The notes below the pieces were generated by a model. That model had not been told where the DNA came from. It saw only the letters and a list, made by a program, of their open reading frames with translations, and searched no databases. Below, in pieces: positions 40,381 to 49,931 of a stretch of DNA of 64,000 nucleotides. Numbering within the stretch: position 1 is the first letter of the stretch; each line of letters opens with the position of its first letter. This stretch comes from Takakia lepidozioides (taxonomy: Eukaryota; Plantae; Bryophyta), in the NCBI GenBank assembly GCA_030704615.1, contig CM060734.1, positions 24,552,001-24,616,000 of the forward strand. Reading direction: 5' to 3'. Position numbers and translations under genes: made by a program.

Positions 40381-40406
40381 CAATCAGGAGTGCGAATTAC
40401 ATGTAG

Positions 40407-43400
40407 GTGGTTCCCTCCAAGAAACAAGAACAAGAAATAGGAAGTGTTATGAACGGAAGAGTCGGGGTGGCTCCGAATAGCCAGTGTCTCGACGGGAGGG
40501 GCAATCAAAGCACTAGCTTTGTAGCTATGGCGGATGTAACGGATTATACACTCGCTTTACTTCTCACGCAGTGGCGCAAGGATGGACGAATTGAGAGTAC
40601 ATTTTCTCTCACTCGATACTTGCAAGCCCCACAGGCTTACACGCACTTACCTGTTCCATTTTGTGCCAACCATACCTTCATGCTCTGTGCCCTGCAAGCT
40701 TTCCTTCAGCTGTTTCAAACAAAGCCTTTTTGTTTGTCTAGAATGAAGAGAGTGAGGGGAATGGAGGATATCATGGTGAAGAGCACCACGATTCTGCAGA
40801 AGCAAACAATTGCAGCACCGCAGACAGTGCAGCTGCTAAGGGAGTTGCGATTGGAGGGGCTGCTACGCAAGGACTGGTCCTTGCATCATCGGCAGTATAT
40901 GATTCAATTCCTTCAGAACTTTGAGCCTCGGACGGGAGTTACCCAGGTGAGGGGAGAAGATATAGAAATTACTCCCCAGTACCTGCAGCAATTGTTTGAT
41001 TTGCCATCAGGTCATGTGGATGTGGATGAGCACATGGCAAGATTGCAGATAGGGAATTTGTTCCAAGAAGGGAGTTTCTTTAAGACTCCAGGTTACGCTT
41101 GTACCAAAGCCGAGTACCCAGGGCTCAGAGAAGTTGGCCAAATATTGAACGTTCTGTTTGCCATGAAACAGAACTAACAGTATTTGAGCAGGTCATTCAC
41201 AGAGGAGATCCTGAAGCTTTGAGGGGAGAGGATGTAGCTTGGGCGGAGTTAAAGTACAATGGTCTGGTGGACGAGATGAAGAGGTTACAGGGCACTACTG
41301 CTAAGTCTCCAATCATTGTGTCTGGTCCAGTCATTGCTTCCAAATCATTCTTGATTTTTTCATACTTGATACTCGGGAACGTAAAGAGATGGGAGTGTTT
41401 GAGGCAGAAACCACTGCAATTGAAGAACATGGCTCTTCACATAGTGAGGGTGGACTGGCAGGGCAACACCAGTCTAAGAGATAGAAGCGGGGTATGACTA
41501 TAGTGGTGGATCCACTGGCTTCACGGAAACCGCAAGATGATGTTTCCCAAGCTCTTGTGCAGGATGGGGCACAGCAGCACAGAAGGCTGTTATTATTGGA
41601 AGCACGGCCTTCGGAGAGGGAAGAGGAAGTCAATTCGATACCACAGCCACCACAGGCAGTTGACTCAGTTGTCTCAGAGGTTCCATAGTTAGAGTATGTT
41701 GTGACACAACCCCCAATTGCTCTGGACGGAGAAAGGTTGGACATTCCCACTACAGAGCAGGTCGTGGCCGAAATTGAGAAGGGTGACCTTCTCTATGAAA
41801 ACTCTGGCTTGGTAAGGGAATCAGTGGTTCCAGAGGTGCAGCGGCTGTCCAGGGAAAACCCTGCTGTGCATGTAATACCCACACCTGTGACGGAGGTACC
41901 AGGGGTAGAATATCAGGACACTCCAGCACCTGTGGAGGATGAGGTGGTTCAGGAAGAGAATCTGGTGGGGCAATGGCCTGAATGGTTGGTGAGGCATCAC
42001 ACTGTGGAGGATCAGGGAGAACAGCAGCAAGTTCACCATGATGACCCTCAGCAGGCCATGCTTATGAGTTCCATAAGCATGACACTTAATTTGTTGGGCA
42101 CTTATGTGAAATCCCATGTTCCATCTACCCAATTGGCAGCTTTGAGGGAGGAACTCAGGAAGGAGTTTGAGGCTCAAATTGCCACTGAGTGTGCTAACAA
42201 GGTAAATGAGGAGGTCAATCTCAAATTACAGCAAGAGTTGGAGGACACAAAGGCTGCTTTGCAGTTGGCCAAAGCAGTTAAGACCTGAGTAAACACATAA
42301 ACAACAGTTATACCAATTGCAGGTGAAGCATGAGGGCAAGTTGCACGAAGTGAATGTACTACATACAGAGTTGGAGGCAGTACATGAGAAGATGACCATA
42401 CAATGTGCTACATTCACAACTACTCTTGAGGAAACTGCATTAAAAGTTAACAGACAAGGGGAGAGATGTATGAGGGCAGAAGCTGAGATAATAGAGCAAG
42501 CGAAACTCATTGTTGATATGAAAAATACAATGTGTCGCAATGAGAATACTTTCAAACAATACCGACAGGTTGAGGCTGACCAGGAGAGGTACATCCTAGA
42601 GTTGCAACAAACAGTTATGGTCAATAGAAATGAACTCTCTGTGGCTAACAAGGCTTGGAAGGAAGCCAATAATCTGGCTGCTGCCTATGCGGGTCTGGTT
42701 TGAACCTCATGCGAAGCGCATGGAGGCTTTACAGCAGCAGTTAGATGTGTACAGACTCACGGAGGAGCAGACTCTCAGGGGTGTCACACACGACTTGGTG
42801 GATAACCACCTTATGCAGGTCTGGTTAGCACAAGGGCCAGTAGAAGGCAAAGCACCACGGAAACTCACCCAGGGCGAGATGAATGAGCTCAGATTGCAGG
42901 TGCAAAACATTGCCACAACTACTATAGACAATGTCTATAGTAAGATAGCGGAGCTACAGGAGGACGTGGAAGGCCTGCGGACTCAAGTGGATGACCTGAG
43001 TTCAAATATTGACAAGAGAGTCTTTGTTCCTGAGGAGCAGCTGATGGCTACTTATTTACATGCCAGGACTCTAATTTTTTAGTCTTCTTTGCAGGAGATG
43101 CCAGTGGTAGAAGGGCCAGTGGTACCAATACCACAGCAGGCGGCTGTGCAGGTAGCTGAACCTGTTGTTACTACAGCCACACCACAGCCTGAGGTATGGG
43201 GGGATGCTTCTTTTAACCCACCTAAGACTCCTGCTGCACGAGAGTACAGTTGGGCTATGATTATGCCCTTCAATCAAATTCCCATTGTGCTGGATTTGGC
43301 TCGGAAGGAATTTAGTCCTCTGCAGTCGTTGGCACATTACTACCAGATCATGCGCATTTGGTTGCCGGTGGCAACTCGGACTAAGGTTCTTCCGAACAAT

Positions 43401-44249
43401 CAACCCATTGAGGATCATCACTTTGCCAGGTACTGGTCTGAGGCAGGTACCATGCTGAAGAAATTAATTGCCTTCCAGGTTGTACATGGGTACATCTATA
43501 CCAAGACCAAGGAGGTATCTAGTATCGTCATGGGCTGTGGATAATACTATGCTGCTTGTTTTCTGGCACGCTATCACATTGAGCAGCAGAAGATGCAATC
43601 ACAATTTCTGAGTTATTCCAGTGGGGATCATTGGGTCTTACCTTCAATGCCACCTCATATGTACCTATATGATGCAAAAGTCATGATGCAAAAGGATTCA
43701 CAATTTTGTTTATGGTTTAATTCAGCTTGGAACAATTTGACAACACAGAAATCTGGCCCTGAGGATATTTTCGTTAAGGGACATGAAGCCTGGACATACT
43801 TACACTGTTCCAAAGTCATTGGCACACCTCTCACCTATACGGATAAGGAGTTCAGGGTGTTCACTAATTTTGCTTGCAAGCGCTTACAGCAAGTTGTACA
43901 GTTTAAACTTCCAAACATGGTGGGACCACATTGTATGCCACACAGGATTCCACTTAAAGTTCGGCCGTTAAAACACCTAAGGGGGGACGAGGATTCTGAT
44001 ACTATTGTTTCTTCTGAGGACTCTTTCGCAGAGGACTATGCACTTCAGATGGCAGAGAAAAAACGACCGGGATCTCCTATGCCTGAGAGGTTACCTCGTT
44101 ATCAGCCTAAGGAGGGTCAGACATTTCCAGGTAGTGCTCAATCAACTCCATCCGCCAGTGACAGGACTCGGGCTCGCACATGGAGTCCTTCACGAGACTC
44201 TCACCGTCAGAAGGGTGCTCGCTCACAAAGGTTTGCTAATCCCAAATAG
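40407..44249 (+). pseudogene. 3' extra ORF of copy B, fragmented
   Basis: Successive ORFs are homologous along their whole length to 56605-60538. Confidence 0.85.
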
Positions 44250-44291
44250 TAAACCGTGAGGACACGGCTTTTTGAGAGGGGGAGGGATAAA

Positions 44292-45223
44292 TGTTAGAGG
44301 GCTGCTTGGGACTTAGACGCTTTTATGGGTTGTTTGGGGTACCCTTAATTTTTGCGCAGACTGAGACCAACAGGAATCATAGGGGTGGCAGGAGCAGGCT
44401 TCAGGGAGTTCACACAGCCCGGCACAGCTTTACACAGCCCGCCACAGCTTCGCACAACCCGACACAGTTTCGCACAGCCAGTCACAGCCCGACACAGCTT
44501 CGCACAGCCAGTCACAGCCCGACATAGCTTTACACAGCCCGCCACAGCTTCGCACAGCCAGTCACAGCTTGGCACAGCTTGACACAGCCTGTCACAGTAC
44601 ATGGGGAACAGTTATCATTGACAAGGAACGACTGTGAGGGAACGACATCTGCAGAGGGAACGTGTTACTTCAGGGGTGACGGTTAGTTAGTTAGGTGGTT
44701 AGAATAGCTTGCGGGTAGATTAGGAGAGCGACAACGGGAGGGGATCACTTTACGGGGAGCGCTTCTTGGTCATGCATGAGAGGAGATCAGGCGCAAGAAC
44801 GAGAGCACGGAGAAGGAGGAAAGATGAACAATAAATGCTTGTTACATGCAAAGTTGTAGTGATACTGTAGGGCATATTAGAGTCACCATGGCATTGGCCT
44901 GATACCTGATAAATCATAATCTGATACTTATTCGATACAAACACACTGTGTAGAGAGACATGAGTGAACCTGTAGAATGAATGCATGATTAACTGGAACT
45001 TAGTAGATATTGAAGCAATTTGATGCTTCAGTATACACAGTAAGGTAAATTGATAACATGAAGGCAAGAAGGAATACAAATAGGAAGCACAACCATGATT
45101 CACTAGCTGCAGGTCATGACTTATTGTTCTGAGCGGGCTGAGTGCTTAGAGATATCCAACTCTTCTATCTTGGAGTTTCCACCTCGGATAGCAAAGGGAT
45201 GGGTGAGTAAAAGCCGCTCGACA
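44292..45223 (+). repeat. 3' LTR of copy B (932 bp, type 2)
   Basis: TGTTAGAGGG...GCTCGACA, directly after the PPT. Confidence 0.93.
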
Positions 45224-45676
45224 GTCATGTCCTCCGATATATGCACCATCGTAAATCGAGATCTTTGCTGTGGAGACTCTATGTCCATCGGACTCATCCT
45301 CGTAGCTTATGAGAATGTCCCCATACACTGTTTGCAATGGAATCCTCTCTGGCATGTACGTACACCCGATGCAATCCTTGTAGGCCCACTGGCAGCACCT
45401 CCAATGATACAAGAAGGCCGTGTAGCTTTTGGGGATGTTCCATGCAGGCGGATACTGTAGATCAATGATTCACAGGCACCAAAGCCGCGCAAGCCCGTCC
45501 CCGCGAGGCTGATCGTGGAAGCCAGGAAGGTACTCAAGAGCGGACAGGTGGACCCTCCTCTGTTGAGAGTGGTCTATCCAATCCTGCAGGATTATGAAAA
45601 TATCCCCTGACTTGGGCGAGAAGTCCCACGGGGTGAGATGCTTGTTTGGGCAGTTGTTGGGATCCCGGCACGCCAT
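45224..45676 (-). pseudogene. 5' remnant of an unknown Cys/Trp-rich gene cut by LTR B
   Basis: MACRDPNNCPNKH...WCL* continues in the same frame (YHWRCCQWAYKDCIGC...) up to the LTR boundary. Confidence 0.35.
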
Positions 45677-45909
45677 CGCCGACTATTGAAAGGGCTGCCA
45701 GGAAGCAGAGAGGGAAGTGGGAGTGTGGGAGGAGATGAAGTGAGAGGAGCTCGGAGCGAGGAAGTGCCGTTGCTCTCTCGGTTTGAAACGCGTGGGTGAC
45801 AAGCGAATTTAGACAAGTGGCAAAGAAAAAGCGCAGCATTTAATATGCCTGTACCCGGGAATGAGGCGCAGCATTTACTTCGACATGAAGTCCAAGCGGA
45901 GGGTGACGG

Positions 45910-46535
45910 CCCCACGTGGCTGCCAGAGATCATCCCCCGGATGGAAAAACGGCGCCGAATTTCCATCCGAGGGCGCTCGGATGAAGTCATCTCGGGGGGA
46001 GAGGCCGACACGTGGCTGCCAGAGATCATCCCCCGGATGGAAAAACGGCGCCGAATTTCCCTCTGAGGGTGCTTGGATGAAGTCGTCTCGGGGGGAGAGG
46101 CCGACACGTGGCTGTCAGAGATCATCCACCGGATGGAAAAACGGCGCCGAATTTCCATCCGAGGGTGCACAGATGAAGTCGTCTCGGGGGGAGAGGCCGA
46201 CACGTGGCTGCCAGAGATCAGCCTCCGGATAGAAAAACGACGCCGAATTTCCATCCGAGGGCGCTCGGATGAAGTCGTCTCGGGGGGAGAGGCCGACACG
46301 TGGCTCACAGAGATCATCCCCCGGATGGAAAAACGGCGCCAAATTTCCATCCGAGGGCGCTCGGATGCGGGGGGAGAGGCCGACACGTGGCTGACAGAGA
46401 TCATCCTCCGGATGGAAAACGGCGCCAAATTTCCATCCGAGGGCGCACGGATGAAGTCGTCTTGGGGGGAGAGGCTGACACGTGGCTGCCAGAGATCATC
46501 CCCCGGATGGAAAACGACGCCGAATTTCCATCCGA
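45910..46535 (+). repeat. Seven ~92 bp tandem units, each with the quasi-palindrome GGATGGAAAAACGGCGCCGAATTTCCATCC and a CACGTG box
   Basis: Units directly visible. Confidence 0.93.
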
Positions 46536-46679
46536 GGATGCCCGTATGGAGCCGTCATCAACCATTTTCAGTCGTTACATGACCTTTTTCGAGTTTTTTG
46601 TATAATCCAACCCTCAACTTAGAGTTTTCTCCCTGCGGGCCACTTATTTTGTACGTTATCCCTACAAATGTCGTCCGCT

Positions 46680-46868
46680 GGATGGAAATTCGGCGCCGGT
46701 TTTCCATCCATCCGAGCTCCGACTTACCTGCAGGATGGAAATTTGGCGCCGGTTTTCCATCCGTCCGAGCTCCGACTTACCTGCAGGATGGAATTTCGGC
46801 GCCGGTTTTCCATCCGTCCGAGCTCCGACTTACCTGCAGGATGGAAATTCGGTGCCGGTTTTCCATCC
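46680..46868 (-). repeat. Four ~53 bp tandem units with the same quasi-palindrome in opposite polarity
   Basis: GGATGGAAATTCGGCGCCGGTTTTCCATCC occurs four times. Confidence 0.9.
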
Positions 46869-46928
46869 AGCGGCTTGTGGATGATGCCGTCTCGGGCGGA
46901 GCGAGGGCCAGGTGGCGCTCCTACTTCA

Positions 46929-47936
46929 TGTTACAAGGTTGCTTGGGACTTAGACGCTTTTACGGGTTCTGTGGGGTACCCTTAATTTTTGCGTAGACTG
47001 AGACCAACAGGAGCCTTAGGGGTGGCAGTAGCAGGCTTTAGGGGGGTTATACAGCCCGACACAACTTTACACAGCCCGCCACAGCTTCGCATAGCCAGTC
47101 ACAGCTCGACACAACTCCACACAGCCTGACACAGCTTTGCACAACCAGTCACAGCCCGTCACAGCCGTCACAGCCCGCCAAAGTTTTGCACAGCCAGTCA
47201 CAGCCCGACACAGCTTTACACAGCCCGCCACAGCTTCGCACAGCCAGTCACAGCCCGACACAGCTTTACACAACCAGTCACAGCTCGGCACAGCTTGACA
47301 CAGTCTGTCACAGTACATGGGGAACAGTTATCATTGACAGGGAACCACTGTGAGGGAACGACATCTGCAGAGGGAACGTGTTACTTCAGGGGTGACGGTT
47401 AGTTAGTTAGGTGGTTAGAATAGCTTGCGGGTAGATTAGGAGAGCGGCAGCGGGAAGAAGAGGACTTCTGGAGTAACGCGACTTGGTGAGGGAAGGAAGA
47501 GACGAAACGGAGAGCGGAACGTGAAGAGGAGATGATGACTTGATTGAGGCTTAATTCATGCAAGCTGTAGAAACATACAGTAGGGTAGAATAGGGACACC
47601 ATGGCATTGGTCTGATACCTGATTAATCTTAATCTGATACTCAAACGATACAATCATATTGTGTAGAGAGACATGAGAGAAGCTGTGGAATGAATGAATG
47701 ATTGATTGGAACTTGGTAGATACTGAAGCAATCTGATGCTTCAGTATACACGGTAAGGTAAATTGATAACATGAAGGCAAGAAGGAATACAAATAGGAAG
47801 CACAACCATGATTCACTAGCTGCAGGTCATGACTCATTGTTCTGAGCGGGCTGAGTGCTTAGAGATATCCAACTCTTCTATCTTGGAGTTTCCACCTCGG
47901 ATAGCGAAGGGATGGGTGAGTAAAAGCCGCTTGACA
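46929..47936 (+). repeat. 5' LTR of copy D (1008 bp, type 2)
   Basis: TGTTACAAGG...CTTGACA followed by a PBS. Confidence 0.93.
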
Positions 47937-47938
47937 TT

Positions 47939-47956
47939 TGGCAACCATACTGGGGA
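47939..47956 (+). promoter_or_regulatory. Primer binding site of copy D
   Basis: TGGCAACCATACTGGGGA, 2 nt after the LTR. Confidence 0.8.
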
Positions 47957-48383
47957 ACTAAGTCATGAACAACCAGATGTGACAGGCATCTGGTGGGGTC
48001 ATGGTGGTTGGAGAATTAAAGAATTTGATGTGAATCAAATTCCCTGTGAAACTGAGAAGGAAAGATTGTTCAAACAATTCTTTCAGAGGTTCTTGGAATT
48101 GCCAGACGGTTGTAAAGAAAACATTCTTAAGAGAGTGCATGATGCTGACCCTAAGTGGGGTCTGGAGAAAGGAGTGATAAAGATTTATCAGGAGAGTTTT
48201 GGTTATTGTCACATTAGATAAATGAAAGACAAGGGACATGAGTGATGAAAGAGAAGCCAGACCCCAGAGATATTCAGCAAAAAGAGAAAGTTATCTTAAA
48301 GCTAATTATCCATATATTTGGGAGAGAGGATTAGACATAGGGGAATCATCTGGACCTCTCACACCATTAAGATCAGAGAGTAC

Positions 48384-49322
48384 TGTTAGAGGACTGTCTG
48401 GGACTTAGACACTTATACGGGATCTGCAGGGTACCCTTAATTTTTGCACAGACTGAGACCAACAGGAGCCTTAGGGGTGACAGCAGCGCACTGTAGAGGG
48501 GGGTTACACAGTCCGTCACAGTCGTCACAGCCAACACAGCCAACACAGTCCGTCACAGTCGTCACAGCCAACACAACCAGACACAGTCAGCACAGCCCGT
48601 CAGAGCCGACACAGCCACACAGCCAGTCACAGCCCGACACAGCCGTCACAGTTTCACACAGCCAGTCACAGCTTGACACAACTGTCACGATCATAGGGAA
48701 CGGAGAGCAGGACAGGGAACGATTGTGGGGAACAACACCTGCAAATGGAACATGTTAGTTCACGGACGACAGTTAGTGAGGGAAACGGTTAAAGCCACGG
48801 GTAGGATGAGAGGGGATAGATTGGGAAGCACTTGGAGGGGGAGGGGTTCTTGGTTATGCATGAGAGGGGATCGGGCGGAGAGTAAGAACGGAAGCAAAGA
48901 TGGAGAGTACGGTGAAGGAGGAAAGATGATTAGTAGATGCTTGTTATATGCAAAGCTGTAGTGATATTGTAGAGCAGATTAGAGACACAATGGCTTCGGC
49001 CTGATACCTGATAAATCATAATCTGATACTTATACGATACAATCACACTGTGTAGAGAGATCTGAGTGAAGCTGTGGAATGAATTGATGAGTTGATGGAA
49101 TCCGATAGATTGATGAAGCAAACTGATACTTAATTATCAATGGTAAGGTAGCTAACATGAATGCGGAAAGGGAAACAAATAGGAAACACCCACATGATAC
49201 ACTAGCTGTAGGTCATGACTGATTGTTTTGCGCGGGTTGAGTACTTAGAGATTTCCAACTCTTCTATCTTGGAGTTTCCACCTCGGATAGCGAAGGGATG
49301 GGTGAGTAAAAGCTGCGCGACA
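48384..49322 (+). repeat. 5' LTR of copy C (939 bp, type 1)
   Basis: TGTTAGAGG...CGCGACA. Confidence 0.97.
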
Positions 49323-49910
49323 TTTGGCGACCATACTGGGGAACTGAGTCATGAACAACCAGATGTGACAGGCATCTGGTGGGATCATGGTGGTTGGACC
49401 ATTAAAAAATTTGAAGTGAATCAAATTCCCTGTGGAACGAAGGAAGAAAGATTGTCCAAACAATTCTTTCAAAGGTTCTTGGAATTGCCAGACGGTTGTA
49501 AAGAAAATATTCTTAAGCGAGTGCATGATGCTGATCCGGAATGGGGTCTGGAGAAAGGAGTGATAAAGATTTATCAGGTAGCCTGTAGAGGAAGAGCACG
49601 TTGGTTACCAACATTGGTTTATGTGATAGCATTGCTATCCATTAAGCGAGTAGAGTTTGAAGGCTGGGAAGAAAGAAAGGTGAATGTTTATACTCATATG
49701 CATGAAGAGCTTGTACTGGTAAAGAATTGGATTCCAAAGGATATTTTGTGGATCAAACTCACACCAAGAACAGCTTTCCAGACTTGTTTGCCATATGGTT
49801 ATATGGTAACGGAGACTTCAAGTATAACCAAGGGTGCATTGAAGCTTGAAAGAAACCCAGGCATATACGAGAGATATTACAGAAGAGAGTTTTGGTTATT
49901 GCCACATTAA
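49215..49910 (+). CDS. 5' extra ORF (231 aa) starting in the LTR and crossing the PBS; unknown function
   Basis: Uninterrupted Trp-rich ORF ending 21 bp before the gag ATG; homologous ORF in copy D (47829..48221, internally deleted). Confidence 0.65.
   Translation: MTDCFARVEYLEISNSSILEFPPRIAKGWVSKSCATFGDHTGELSHEQPDVTGIWWDHGGWTIKKFEVNQIPCGTKEERLSKQFFQRFLELPDGCKENILKRVHDADPEWGLEKGVIKIYQVACRGRARWLPTLVYVIALLSIKRVEFEGWEERKVNVYTHMHEELVLVKNWIPKDILWIKLTPRTAFQTCLPYGYMVTETSSITKGALKLERNPGIYERYYRREFWLLPH
49325..49342 (+). promoter_or_regulatory. Primer binding site, tRNA-Arg-like
   Basis: TGGCGACCATACTGGGGA, 2 nt after the LTR; resembles the tRNA-Arg PBS of Ogre/Tat-type elements. Confidence 0.8.
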
Positions 49911-49931
49911 AAGAAATGAAAGACATGGGAC

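Larger units (their letters stand above)
33406..45223 (+). mobile_element. Gypsy family copy B, 5'-truncated (no 5' LTR or PBS)
   Basis: gag-pol, extra ORF, PPT (~44274-44286) and 3' LTR are collinear with copy C. Confidence 0.93.

Noticed and set aside
45592-46985. Repetitive ORFs over the palindrome arrays (also those at 11-1235)
   Set aside because: They are by-products of tandem repeats, open in several frames and on both strands.
44292-47936. LTR B and LTR D as the two LTRs of one small non-autonomous element
   Set aside because: B has its own PPT before it and D has its own PBS after it, the middle blocks differ, and the interval has neither signal.
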